The notes: a model not told the origin generated them from the letters alone. Counted from the first letter of the stretch, positions 1-10,433 are shown. The stretch is DNA of 64,000 nt from Promethearchaeota archaeon (GCA_030599585.1 JAUVNS010000010.1:144826-208825), one strand, 5' to 3'. A program made the numbers and translations.

Positions 1-212
1 AAGACTTTTACTTTGCTAAGGGAAGTAAGAATTTAGAAGAATGTAGTAGTTCGGAGAAATTTGTCATAATTTCTTTTCTTAGAGAAGAGTTAAACCTTAT
101 ATCTAAAATTAAATGGTTTAGAATTAATGCTTTTAGAAATAAGGCTCAAATTTTCTCATTAAAATTAAAAACTTATTTATTTGATAATCCTGGAGTTGTG
201 TATAATTGGTAA
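1..212 (+). CDS. 3' end of a hypothetical protein (truncated by window edge)
   Basis: Frame 3 is open from base 3 to TAA at 210-212 (...FDNPGVVYNW*). It overlaps the TTG start of the TFB gene, suggesting an operon. Confidence 0.55.
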   Translation, partial: DFYFAKGSKNLEECSSSEKFVIISFLREELNLISKIKWFRINAFRNKAQIFSLKLKTYLFDNPGVVYNW

Positions 213-1087
213 TAATAAATGAAATAGAAGAATATCAAAATCTTTGTCCAGAATGCAATGGGTATATAATCCTAATATCAGAAAAAGGAGAAACCGTTTG
301 TAATCAATGTGGTCTTATCATAAATGAAAAAGAAATAGATCTAAAAAACAGCGGGAGGAGGACATATACACAAAAGGAAAAAAATAAATTTGATAACTAT
401 GGTTGGCCTATATCTCCTTTGGTTGCAGATTTAGAAATTTGTACTAAAATTAATAAAAATGAAACAAATAATTTTAACTTAAAAAGAATTATTAAGAGAG
501 ATTCAATGTATTCCTGGAAGACAAAGAATATGTTAATCGCAATTGCTGAATTAAAGCGATTAAGCTTTAACCTAAAAATACCTTCTCATGTTAAAAATGA
601 AACATTATCCCTTTATAAGAAAAGTTTTAATGCTAATCTTTTAAAAGGGCGCTCCATATGTGGAATGATTGCTGCTTGTCTATATTTTGTTTCAAAGAAA
701 TTGAATACACCTGTTATGTTAAAAGATATTATCTATGAGTCTACTGCTGATGTTGAAATAATAAAGAAATGTTATATAGCTCTGACAAAGAAATTCAAAT
801 TACCACACTATAATCTTAATCCCCTTCTATTTATTCCAAGATATTCGTCTGAATTAGATTTAGATATTGAGACTCAACACTTGGTAGTAAAAATATTATC
901 ACATTTTTTAAAGAATAATGAATTTGATGGGAAAAATCCAATGGGATTATGCGGTGGAGCGATTTATTTTGCAGCTAAACTTAAAGGTAAAAAAATAACT
1001 CAAAAACAAGTTGCCAAAAAAGTTGGTATTACAGATTTAACTCTGAGATCACGATATAAGGAAATAATTGAAAAAATAGGGTTATAA
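206..1087 (+). CDS. tfb: Transcription initiation factor IIB (TFB) paralog
   Basis: N-terminal Zn ribbon CPEC...GETVCNQCGLII, two cyclin folds (LLKGRS..IAACLY; GKNPMGLCGGAIY), C-terminal HTH TQKQVA..GITDLTLRSRYKEI. Confidence 0.9.
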   Translation: MVIINEIEEYQNLCPECNGYIILISEKGETVCNQCGLIINEKEIDLKNSGRRTYTQKEKNKFDNYGWPISPLVADLEICTKINKNETNNFNLKRIIKRDSMYSWKTKNMLIAIAELKRLSFNLKIPSHVKNETLSLYKKSFNANLLKGRSICGMIAACLYFVSKKLNTPVMLKDIIYESTADVEIIKKCYIALTKKFKLPHYNLNPLLFIPRYSSELDLDIETQHLVVKILSHFLKNNEFDGKNPMGLCGGAIYFAAKLKGKKITQKQVAKKVGITDLTLRSRYKEIIEKIGL

Positions 1088-1090
1088 AAA

Positions 1091-1462
1091 ATGATGGCAT
1101 CCGTTTTTATTGTTGAAGATGACGTTTTCATATTAAGATTATATGAAATTTTTTTAAGATCGAGCAAATTTTCTGTAATTGGAAAGGCAAAAAATGGAGA
1201 TGAAGCTGTAGCTTCTTATAAATTAATGAGTACAAAACCTGATTTGATAATTATGGACAATCGTATGCCAGTTAAAAGTGGTATTGAAGCATTAAAAGAA
1301 ATTCTCGAAATTGATAGTCAGGCAAAAATTATGATAGTGAGTGCAGATCGTAGTATTGAAAAAATAGCGAAATCTGTTGGAGCTGTAGCGTTTATGGAAA
1401 AACCATTTTCGTTGAAAATATTAGTTGAGAATATTAATAATGTTATTACAAATTGTGTTTAA
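1091..1462 (+). CDS. CheY-like single-domain response regulator
   Basis: VEDD acidic pocket, DLIIMDNRMP phosphoacceptor Asp, SA and KPF motifs. Confidence 0.9.
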   Translation: MMASVFIVEDDVFILRLYEIFLRSSKFSVIGKAKNGDEAVASYKLMSTKPDLIIMDNRMPVKSGIEALKEILEIDSQAKIMIVSADRSIEKIAKSVGAVAFMEKPFSLKILVENINNVITNCV

Positions 1463-1505
1463 CTTTACATCATTAAATTTGAAAGTTTGAGATGATTTAA
1501 AAATA

Positions 1506-1700
1506 ATGAATATGGATATGAAAAAAAAGATTATTTATACTCCAAATATATGTCCCTATTGCCAATCAACAGAAATAATCCCGAAAAAGGAATTTATCAA
1601 AGATAATTACCTCAAGATCCCATACTATTGCAAAAAATGTGGAAAAGTTTCTAAAGCCATATATTTTATTGAATACCAAGAAACTGAGGGTTGGTATTAG
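1506..1700 (+). CDS. Small zinc-finger protein
   Basis: CPYC...CKKCG pairs in a 64-aa ORF, co-oriented with its neighbours. Confidence 0.6.
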   Translation: MNMDMKKKIIYTPNICPYCQSTEIIPKKEFIKDNYLKIPYYCKKCGKVSKAIYFIEYQETEGWY

Positions 1701-1770
1701 TTTGATTAGGTTTAAACTATATTATTTAATTTGGATTATGATATTTAGTTGAGGATTTAGGTTTGTTATT

Positions 1771-3699
1771 TTGGCATTATTAACATTACTACAAGCAGAT
1801 ATAGATGAAGTTATTAAGCAGTTACAAGTACTAACAGGCTTAAAATTTGATAATTATTTATATAATTTTATTGAAAAAAGAATAATTTATCGCATTCAAA
1901 ACTTAAAATTAAATTCCCACGTGGAATATTTAAAATATCTTAAGTCGAATCCGAAAGAAATTGAGGAATTTCTTGAACGATTTACCATTAATCACACTTA
2001 TTTTTTCAGAGATTTAGATGTTTTCAAAGCATTAGAAAATTATTTTAAGAATTATAAAACAAAATCGAAAATACGCGTATGGTCTGCCGCTTGTGCAACG
2101 GGAGATGAAGCCTATTCAGTTGCATTGATTTTAGATAAATTAAGCAAACGCGTTAAAAATTTTTCTGATTTTAAAGTAATAGCGTCTGATATTGATAAAA
2201 GGGCAATTGGAGTTGCCAAAAAAGGAAAATATTCTGAATTTTCTTTACATACCACTCCTGATGAATACATTCAAGAATACTTCAAACGAAAGGAAACACC
2301 TTACAGTCCAGAGTTTAAATTGGATGAAGTCTTAATGAAGAAGGTTGAATTCATCGAAGAGGATATAACTATAGGACATAAAAAGAAGATAAAATATGAC
2401 ATCGTTTTATGTAGAAATTTCATGATTTATCTTAATAAAAAAGCGCGTAATGAACTCTTAAGGATCATCGAATCCAAAATGATTAATGGGGGTTTGTTGA
2501 TTTTAGGGTTAAGCGAATCTTTATTAGGTGTAAAAAGTAGCTTTAAGCCAATTGATATTAAGCATCGTTTCTTTATTAAAAGAAGTTCCAATTTCATTGA
2601 ATCTAATAAGAAACAAATTGAAGAATTAATAAAAAAGACCAAGATACAAAAGCCAATTTTCATAGAGAATAATCTAACTAATTTTGATGAGCTTGAATTA
2701 AAAAATAATATTAATGAAACAACTCTAAAAATAGAAGAAGAAAAATTAAACAAACAGATTAAATACAAATCGATTGAAGATCAACGAAAGACCATTGAAA
2801 AAAGAGCACATGGATTAATTAAAAGAGAACTGATTATACAAGAACAAGAAAAGATTTTATTAAAGAATCTTTCATATTTAAAAAAAAGAGAGAAGGATAT
2901 ATTAAAAAAATCGAAATATATGGAAAAATTAATTCTATTTATTAAAGAACAAGAAAAGGAATTAAATCTCTTCATTAGGAATATGGAGTTCTTTTCCAAT
3001 CAATTAGAAGAAAAGGAAAATCACTTGAATTATAAAGAGAAGCAAATAAATCATCAATTCAATCAAATTGGTTATTATACAAATCAATTATTACAAAAAG
3101 AAAAAACACTTCCAAAAAAAGAACATAAACATATAGGTGACTATTCACTTGAGGTTGTGGATGAGAAACGAATTGATCACATAATTAATCCTAATAAAGA
3201 TCTAGAATTAACTATTCCAGTGGGATATTATGGAGTTTTGAACTTGCATATTCAAAATGAAACTGCTACTAAGTTCGGCGTTAATTCTTTAGGAGCAGGA
3301 ATAGCCTTGATATTAAAGGACGATTCTAATAAAATATATGCATTTTCTCATTCAAGATTTCCCAATTCTTCAGCTTCAAAGCAAGGATATCATCTCGTTT
3401 CTCCTCATTCTTTTATAAATACTTCTGTAATAAGTTTGTTAAATACAATGCTTTATCATGGTGCTGAAAAGAATGAAATTAAAGCAATTGTTATAGGAGG
3501 CGCACGATTGTTTAATGATTTTGATTTAACATTTCAAGAGAATATTGATTCTATCAAAAGAGAATTAAAGAAAAATAGTATTTTAACTGAAATCGAAGAT
3601 TTGGGAGGCTTAAGTGAAAAAGCAGTAAAGTACGATGTAATAAATAATTCTCTTTATGTAAAAAGAGCTTGGGAATTTGAATTTAGGAAAATTAATTAA
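1771..3699 (+). CDS. CheR methyltransferase - coiled coil - CheD-like fusion protein
   Basis: CheR motifs TINHTYFFRD, RVWSAACATGDEAYS, ASDID, DIVLCRNFMIY, GGLLILG. K/E-rich coiled linker. C-terminal CheD fold (LGAGIA, SH, IGGARLF, EDLGG). Confidence 0.88.
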   Translation: MALLTLLQADIDEVIKQLQVLTGLKFDNYLYNFIEKRIIYRIQNLKLNSHVEYLKYLKSNPKEIEEFLERFTINHTYFFRDLDVFKALENYFKNYKTKSKIRVWSAACATGDEAYSVALILDKLSKRVKNFSDFKVIASDIDKRAIGVAKKGKYSEFSLHTTPDEYIQEYFKRKETPYSPEFKLDEVLMKKVEFIEEDITIGHKKKIKYDIVLCRNFMIYLNKKARNELLRIIESKMINGGLLILGLSESLLGVKSSFKPIDIKHRFFIKRSSNFIESNKKQIEELIKKTKIQKPIFIENNLTNFDELELKNNINETTLKIEEEKLNKQIKYKSIEDQRKTIEKRAHGLIKRELIIQEQEKILLKNLSYLKKREKDILKKSKYMEKLILFIKEQEKELNLFIRNMEFFSNQLEEKENHLNYKEKQINHQFNQIGYYTNQLLQKEKTLPKKEHKHIGDYSLEVVDEKRIDHIINPNKDLELTIPVGYYGVLNLHIQNETATKFGVNSLGAGIALILKDDSNKIYAFSHSRFPNSSASKQGYHLVSPHSFINTSVISLLNTMLYHGAEKNEIKAIVIGGARLFNDFDLTFQENIDSIKRELKKNSILTEIEDLGGLSEKAVKYDVINNSLYVKRAWEFEFRKIN

Positions 3700-4037
3700 A
3701 TAATCACTAATAAATTCGGTTCCAAAATATTGCCGAACAATATTAAAAATCCAATTTTAGCGTCCTATAACAGACTTTATGATAAATTTTACAAAGCTCG
3801 ATATGTGCTAAATCATCTTAGCCGTAACGGAAGCATAAGTGTACTGATTAAAATAGTCAATGATTGCGTAAGAAATAGCTTGAGCGAGCGCCATTTTATT
3901 GTGTTCGTTAGTGTTTGAATCTTCCACCACAAGGTCAAATTTTACAGTAAATCTGTAATAAATGATCGAAGAAGAAGAACCTCAAGTATATTGTCATCTT
4001 AGCATGATGGGATAATTCCTGACTGATTTTCTAGGTT

Positions 4038-4337
4038 TCAAAATACCAGATTATAAAGACACTTAATTATGTCATACCTATTATTGCGAGCCAAAAATAT
4101 AACATTGGAAGGTATGGTGATAATTTGGAACCCATATTTCGCAATAATATGGTATACGCACTTGTAAAAGTTAGCAAAATCAGAAATATCAGTAATCTCG
4201 GTTAATGCTTTAAATTGCCAATAAGAAATATATCCTAAGAGAGTTATAAATTTTCGAGAAAGATCGAGAAAGAATGGGGATAAATGATTATATTTAAGGT
4301 AATAATTTAAGATCGGGAATGAGACTTTCACGAACAT
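4038..4337 (-). CDS. Hypothetical protein or gene remnant
   Basis: 99-aa ORF without recognisable motif, downstream of the MCP gene. Confidence 0.25.
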   Translation of the reverse strand: MFVKVSFPILNYYLKYNHLSPFFLDLSRKFITLLGYISYWQFKALTEITDISDFANFYKCVYHIIAKYGFQIITIPSNVIFLARNNRYDIIKCLYNLVF

Positions 4338-4357
4338 AATAATAATAAAAAATTCTA

Positions 4358-4400
4358 TAAAAAAGTGAAAAAAAAATGAAAAAAAAATGAAAAAAAAAAA
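4358..4400 (-). terminator. Oligo-T terminator of the MCP gene, built from about 11-bp tandem units
   Basis: The + strand reads AAAAAAGTG AAAAAAAAATG AAAAAAAAATG AAAAAAAAAAA directly after the MCP stop, giving repeated T-tracts on the minus strand. Confidence 0.5.
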
Positions 4401-4402
4401 CT

Positions 4403-5998
4403 TTATCGTTTTAATTTAGATTTTAATGAAAGTTTCTTCTTTTCTTTTTGTTCCTTGATTGGTTTTGACTCAGTTCCTTCTGAACCATCAGATTTGTATT
4501 GAGTTAAATTACTTTTTAAATCTTCTGCTAGAACACCTAATTTATCAGCTGTAGCAGCGATTTCTTCCATGGATGCTGTCTGTTCTTCTGCGGATGCGCT
4601 AATGCCTTCAATAGATCCCGTAGTAGATTCAAGTCTTTTAAGAATATCATTGATTTTTGAACCCGTAGTTCTAACAGAGTTTCTTGATTCTTCAGCAAGT
4701 TTTCTTACTTCATCAGCTACAACTGCAAATCCTCTACCATGTTCTCCAGCACGACCAGCTTCTATACTTGCGTTTAACGCTAGTAAGTTTGTTTGTTCAG
4801 AAATAGATACTATTATCTCCATAACTCTTTTAATCTCGGTCGAAGATAGCATTATAGTTTGACTATCATTTGCAACTTCTTGTGTTGTTGAGGCGATTTC
4901 TTCTGATGCAGCGTTAACTTCACTTGCACTAGCAGCTAATTCTGTAGCTATATTTGCTACAATAATACTTGCTTCAGATCCTGCTTTTAGCACATTTTCC
5001 ATATTGGAGGTAACTCTTGCAATACTTTTGGTAGTAGGTATCGCTATTATTAATCCAAGTACAACAACAGCTCCTAATGCTACGAAAGTGATAACATAGG
5101 CTATAAATACACCTAGTTGAGCACTAGCAATTTCTTCGTCTATTTCGGCTTCTGTTTCATGATGTATTTCAGTTAAGTCTGCGGATAAATGTTCATAATC
5201 TAATTCAACATCTTCTAATTTTGCATCAATGTGATCTTTCATGTCAAAGACTCCATCCGCTCCTACAACCATTTCAGTAAAAGCATGATGGACAGTTTCA
5301 ATCTCCGCGATCTTATCTGTAATTGTTGCGTTTCCAGCATAAAAAGTTTCAATAACTCCTATTACATTATCGAAAGTAACAACTGAAGTATTAAATTCTA
5401 AATCAGTATCTTCATGGATTCCTTCTAAGTACTCAAACGTTAAATATATCTGTTCGTTAACATAACTTCTCATCAAAGTTGCATTTAATTTCATCTGAAC
5501 ATCACTAATTAATGCAATCAACTCGTCAATTAAAATATCTATTTGCTCTCGCATATCAATACTCGAATTTAAAGCTGCGCTTATTTCTTGGATATGAACG
5601 ATAATTCCATGCTCGTCGCTAGTAATATCATCGATAATGCAATCAAAATCTGTCCCAATATCAACAAGTTCATCACCATGCTCTGGATGCAATGTTCTTA
5701 ATAAATCTAAAGATGAATTAAAAATTTCAGCATGCTCCAAAATATGGTCTATGATACTTTCCTCTTCGGCATGATGCGATTCTCCTCCGTTATAGAGGGT
5801 TTCAAAAGTTTCTCGAATAATCAACTCCGATTCATATTGCATTGTATCTACGGCTTCCATAATAACAAAATCCTTTTGGGTAAACTCTGTAAGATACCCA
5901 TCCAAAGAATTTATTTGAATGGTGCCAACGATTCCGATTGCAAAAGAAAAAGCAATAAGAACGGCAAATCCAATAGTCATTCTTCTTTTAATATTCAT
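4403..5998 (-). CDS. Methyl-accepting chemotaxis protein with two TM helices and an acidic, His-rich sensor domain
   Basis: Hairpin tip [40 protein letters not shown], methylation helices ([18 protein letters not shown]), two hydrophobic segments. Confidence 0.93.
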   Translation of the reverse strand: MNIKRRMTIGFAVLIAFSFAIGIVGTIQINSLDGYLTEFTQKDFVIMEAVDTMQYESELIIRETFETLYNGGESHHAEEESIIDHILEHAEIFNSSLDLLRTLHPEHGDELVDIGTDFDCIIDDITSDEHGIIVHIQEISAALNSSIDMREQIDILIDELIALISDVQMKLNATLMRSYVNEQIYLTFEYLEGIHEDTDLEFNTSVVTFDNVIGVIETFYAGNATITDKIAEIETVHHAFTEMVVGADGVFDMKDHIDAKLEDVELDYEHLSADLTEIHHETEAEIDEEIASAQLGVFIAYVITFVALGAVVVLGLIIAIPTTKSIARVTSNMENVLKAGSEASIIVANIATELAASASEVNAASEEIASTTQEVANDSQTIMLSSTEIKRVMEIIVSISEQTNLLALNASIEAGRAGEHGRGFAVVADEVRKLAEESRNSVRTTGSKINDILKRLESTTGSIEGISASAEEQTASMEEIAATADKLGVLAEDLKSNLTQYKSDGSEGTESKPIKEQKEKKKLSLKSKLKR

Positions 5999-6424
5999 AA
6001 TTCTAGTCCTTTTTTTGTGTTTTTTTTTTTTAAAAAATATATTTTTTATAAAAATTAGGTAATTATACCAATTTAATTAAATTACTTATATATAAATACT
6101 AATATTTACATAAATTTAAAAAAGAAATGTAAATTCTTATCTAAAATCACAAATTTTATCTAAATCTAAAAACTAATTTTAAAGAATATTAGTAAATAAT
6201 TCTTAAATAGAAATAAAAACTCTAAAAAAATTAAGATACTTAAGAAGATTGTAAATAAAAAATAATTTAAATTTAGTCCTTTCTCATAATATTTTTGAAA
6301 ATAGAAGTTTTTTTTTAGTGCAATATTAGATTTTGAAGGAACCATCTTTCACAACCCTACCAATAATTTTAGCTTGAAGTCTTTTTCTCTTTTTATTTCG
6401 AGTTAACATTTCAAACTAATAATT

Positions 6425-6481
6425 CATTTCTTTGCAAAAGGAAAAACACCATCAGCTATTTCATGACTTCCTTTACCAGGA
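6425..6481 (-). pseudogene. 57-bp orphan fragment of a sulfatase gene
   Basis: 51/57 nt identical to 23890-23946 inside the sulfatase CDS. Translates PGKGSHEIADGVFPFAKK* versus PGKRGHELADDVFPFAKKW. Confidence 0.75.
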
Positions 6482-6571
6482 GCCTTTCTACAAAGGGAGA
6501 TAAAACGATACAACTTTTAATGCAGAATATCCAATTAAGTTAGAAGAAAAATTAATAAATAAGTAATTAAA

Positions 6572-6642
6572 TGCGCCTGCCGGGAATTGAACCCGGGACG
6601 CTGACTTGGGAAGCCAGCATATTACCACTATACTACAAGCGC
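6572..6642 (-). tRNA. tRNA-Gly(CCC), no intron, CCA not encoded
   Basis: Reverse complement GCGCTTGTAGTATAGTGGTAATATGCTGGCTTCCCAAGTCAGCGTCCCGGGTTCAATTCCCGGCAGGCGCA folds as a cloverleaf with anticodon CCC and T-loop GTTCAAT. Confidence 0.95.
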
Positions 6643-6911
6643 AAAAAAGAAAAAAGTAACAAATAATAATGAGCTCTCGCAAATAAATTTTTATTAATTA
6701 TTATTCGATTTCTCGAAAAAGAATTTCGTATCAGTTTAACGAACAAGCATCTTTTTTGAATAATGTTATAATCTGTTTTTTCTAGATTTACAATTAAGGA
6801 GAATTAATTAGATTTTCTAACGATTTTTTAGTTAATACTTCTTTGCATAGAATTCACGCTTAAAGATATAATTTTATATATTTTTAACTTAAAATAACAG
6901 GGTTTAAGAAA

Positions 6912-9554
6912 ATGATTTCAGATAAGAAAAGTGTGGTAGAAGATCTCAAGCTACCTGATGCAATATATCAAACATTAATAAATGACATTGTTGATACAAT
7001 TGTAGAAATTGATTTAAATGGTAATTTTATTTATGTAAGTCCTCAATGTTACAAGATGTTTGGATATCAACCCCACGAAGTCATTGGAAGAAAAGCTCTT
7101 CGCTTTATTCATTCAGATGATTTATTGAACGTAATGAATAAGATGAAAGAAGCGATAGAAGAACAAAAACATATTTCATATGAATATAGAGCAAAACATA
7201 AAAATGGCGGTTATGTAAATGTTTCAGCTAAAGGAGGAATAATCAACCGAGATGGGAAGGGATCTTTAGTTGGAGTATTAAGAGATGTTACAGACCAAAA
7301 AATCGCAATTAATAAGCTAAAAGATTCAGAGCATCAATATCGAACAATTATTGAATCCATGGGAGTCCCCATACATGTTATTGATAAGAATTATAAAATA
7401 ATTCTAGCTAACAATTCTTTAAACAACTGGTTAACCACATTAAATCTAACTGAAGAATTAGTTGGAAAAATTGTCTTTGAGGTATTTCCTTTTTTACCCG
7501 AAGAAGTAGGTAAAGAATATGATAAGGTCTTCAATACGGGTAAAACAGTAGTAACAAAAGGATTTACTAACCTCAATGATAAATTAATTTATACGGTAAC
7601 CAGAAAGATTCCAATTATCAATAATAATCAAGTCACCCAAATCGTTACTGTTGTAAAGGATATAACTGATAAAAAAGTAACAGAAGAAAAACTGAAGAAA
7701 TCTGAGAAGGAATTTCGAAATATTATTGAAAATACTAAGGATGCGATTGTCATAATAGATTTTGAGGGAAAATTATTATACATCTCACCTCAATTATCGA
7801 AGATGTTGAAAGGGAGAGAAATCACCAAAAACAGTAGATTCTTTCATTATGTCCACAAAGATGATGTCATGAAATTGATTTCTTTTTACAAAAACACGCT
7901 TAAAGAGAAGACTTTTCTCGAACAACCCGTTGAATTCAGAATTTTGCCTAAACACGGTGACTATAAGTGGTTTTCAAGTTCATCTAAAAATTATTATGAT
8001 GACGAAGGCAACATTATTGGTTTCATTTCAACTCTAAAAGACATAACAGATAAGAAGATAGCTGAACAAAAGTTAAAAGAATCGGAACAAAAATATCGTC
8101 TTATTACTGAACAATCTAACGATCTCATAAGAGTTTTAAACGAAAAGTTTGAACTCGAATATGTAAACGAACTTTCTCTTAAAAATCTATTAGGTTATAC
8201 TAAGCAAGAATTACTTGGTAAGAATTCAATTATTTTAAACCACCCTGACGATTATAAAAAAGTCCGCCGCTTTATGCTCAAAGTGTTCAAGTATGGAGAA
8301 AATATGCATGAAACAAGGATAAGACATAAAAATGGTAATTGGGTGTGGTTTGAGAATAAAGCAAAAATGTTTACTGATGAACAAGGTAATCAAAAATACT
8401 TATACATATCCCGGGACATCACTGAAAGGAAAAAAACTGAAAAAGCTCTTAAAGAATCAGAGGAAAAGTACCGAAGTTTATATAAAAACTCTCCTAATGC
8501 TGTTGTTTTAACAAATGAAAGAGGATTGATATTAGATATCAACTCATCAGCGGAAAGAATTCTAGGATATAAGCGAGAGGAGATAATTGGGAGAAATTAT
8601 CTGGAATTTAATATGGTTACTTATGAGCAGATCTCGACTATTAAAAGAATGTATAAGGATATTCTCAATGGCATTAAACCCAAGCCTATTGAGCTACAGA
8701 TAAAAAGAAAAAATAGTAAGATATCATGGATATCTTTTCAGAGTTCAATGATTAAAATGGATAAGGAAATTATAATTGAATCGATTTGTCAAGACATCAA
8801 TAGTAAAAAGAAAGCTGAAATTCTCATAATCGAGGAAAATAAAAGATTAATGGAACTTAACAAGATAAAGTCCGAATTTATCTCGAGAGCGTCTCACGAA
8901 CTAAAGACCCCCATTACTTCAATATATGGGGGATCTCAAATCTTAATGGAGTTATATAAAGATCAGACATGTTCTGATGCGATAGAATTTATAGAATTGA
9001 TTAATAGAGGAGGAAAGAGATTAAAACTTCTAGTTGATAATTTACTTGACGCTTCAAGAATTGATTCTGATAAATTAAGATTGAATCTTCAAAGTGAGAA
9101 CATATCACAAATTATAGGAGACAGCACGAATGAAATTCGATACTTAGCCTATAAACGAAATATTATCATAGAGCAACACTTACCTGAAATAACAAATATT
9201 GTAGTAGATAAAATTAGAATAGAACAGGTTATCACTAATCTAATCTCAAATGCGATTAAAAACACTCCAAGGAAGGGGATAATATCGCTAGTTTTAGAGG
9301 AAAAACCCGATAGCGTTATATTTAAGGTAAAGGATTCGGGTATAGGATTGACGGAAAAAGAAATGGATAAACTATTCAAGAAATTTGGAAAAATAGAACG
9401 AGTCGGCCCAAAAATGGATATTGACATCGAAGGTTCGGGTTTAGGTTTGTATATTTCAAAGGAAATAATAGATCTACACGGAGGAAATATTTGGGTCGAA
9501 TCTAAGGGCAGAAATAAAGGAGCGACCTTTTATTTCAAACTATTTAAAAAATAA
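6912..9554 (+). CDS. Cytoplasmic sensor histidine kinase with five PAS/PAC domains
   Basis: Five repeats ending DVT/DIT/DIN, H-box ASHELKTP, N-box NLISNAIK, DSGIG and GSGLGL, no TM segment. Confidence 0.93.
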   Translation: MISDKKSVVEDLKLPDAIYQTLINDIVDTIVEIDLNGNFIYVSPQCYKMFGYQPHEVIGRKALRFIHSDDLLNVMNKMKEAIEEQKHISYEYRAKHKNGGYVNVSAKGGIINRDGKGSLVGVLRDVTDQKIAINKLKDSEHQYRTIIESMGVPIHVIDKNYKIILANNSLNNWLTTLNLTEELVGKIVFEVFPFLPEEVGKEYDKVFNTGKTVVTKGFTNLNDKLIYTVTRKIPIINNNQVTQIVTVVKDITDKKVTEEKLKKSEKEFRNIIENTKDAIVIIDFEGKLLYISPQLSKMLKGREITKNSRFFHYVHKDDVMKLISFYKNTLKEKTFLEQPVEFRILPKHGDYKWFSSSSKNYYDDEGNIIGFISTLKDITDKKIAEQKLKESEQKYRLITEQSNDLIRVLNEKFELEYVNELSLKNLLGYTKQELLGKNSIILNHPDDYKKVRRFMLKVFKYGENMHETRIRHKNGNWVWFENKAKMFTDEQGNQKYLYISRDITERKKTEKALKESEEKYRSLYKNSPNAVVLTNERGLILDINSSAERILGYKREEIIGRNYLEFNMVTYEQISTIKRMYKDILNGIKPKPIELQIKRKNSKISWISFQSSMIKMDKEIIIESICQDINSKKKAEILIIEENKRLMELNKIKSEFISRASHELKTPITSIYGGSQILMELYKDQTCSDAIEFIELINRGGKRLKLLVDNLLDASRIDSDKLRLNLQSENISQIIGDSTNEIRYLAYKRNIIIEQHLPEITNIVVDKIRIEQVITNLISNAIKNTPRKGIISLVLEEKPDSVIFKVKDSGIGLTEKEMDKLFKKFGKIERVGPKMDIDIEGSGLGLYISKEIIDLHGGNIWVESKGRNKGATFYFKLFKK

Positions 9555-9648
9555 GCTATAGAAAATACTTAGTTTTATTGGGATTTTTATTCGCTTGCCT
9601 TTTTTTTTATGATAAAATTTTAATTTTCTTGCTTTTATCTAGAATGTT

Positions 9649-10323
9649 ATGAGTGTTGAGAAACGATATCATAAAAAAAATATACACATTGATAATACTA
9701 ATGCATTACTTATAGTTGATATGCAAAATGATTTTATGCCAGGTGGGGCTTTACCTGTCGAAGAGGGCGATCAAATAATTGATAATGTAAATCAAATTTC
9801 TGAAATTTTTAAAGTAAATAATAGTAAGATCATATTGACTCAGGATTGGCATCCAAAAAACCATAAATCTTTTGCTAGTAGCTACAATGATAAAAATCCA
9901 GGTGACGAATATCATTCTGATGGTATTGGCCCTGTATTATGGCCAGATCACTGTGTACAAGGAACAAAAGGAGCACAGTTTCATGATAAATTGAATGTTG
10001 AAAATGTTCACGCAATAATCCGAAAAGGTTATAATCTTGAGGTAGATAGTTATTCAGGCTTTATTGAAAATGATAAAAAATCAGAAACTGGACTTAAAGG
10101 TTACCTTAATTCCCTGAAAATTAAAAAAATTTTTATTTGTGGATTAGCTTTGGACTATTGTTGTTATTACACCGCTTTAGATGGAATAGATTTTGGTTTT
10201 GAAGTTTATTTTTTAGTAAATTTAACCAGAGGGATAGATCTACCTCCTGGAAACATATCAATAGCTCTCCAACACATGAGAGAGAAGGGAATTAAATTCG
10301 CTACTAAAGATAATTTAATCTAG
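9649..10323 (+). CDS. pncA: Nicotinamidase/pyrazinamidase
   Basis: IVDMQNDF, QDWHP, WPDHCVQ, KG...DSYSGF, GLALDYC. Confidence 0.92.
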   Translation: MSVEKRYHKKNIHIDNTNALLIVDMQNDFMPGGALPVEEGDQIIDNVNQISEIFKVNNSKIILTQDWHPKNHKSFASSYNDKNPGDEYHSDGIGPVLWPDHCVQGTKGAQFHDKLNVENVHAIIRKGYNLEVDSYSGFIENDKKSETGLKGYLNSLKIKKIFICGLALDYCCYYTALDGIDFGFEVYFLVNLTRGIDLPPGNISIALQHMREKGIKFATKDNLI

Positions 10324-10433
10324 AACAAGATTACTTAATTTTCTTCTAAATTTGCATGAAATTATTGAATTTTTTTCCTGTCCAAATCATTCCAAAAACT
10401 AATTATTAAGAAAAAGAATTTTCTAAAGTATCG

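Noticed and set aside
3730-3918. 62-aa plus-strand ORF
   Set aside because: TTG start, no RBS and no motif. Not supportable as a gene.
4358-4400. Tandem A-rich repeats as a possible CRISPR array
   Set aside because: No spacers and low complexity. Best explained as an oligo-T terminator.
6488-6682. 64-aa minus-strand ORF
   Set aside because: It spans the tRNA-Gly gene on the same strand, so the translation is incidental.
6912-9554. Internal repeats in the histidine kinase
   Set aside because: Explained by ordinary tandem PAS/PAC domains.
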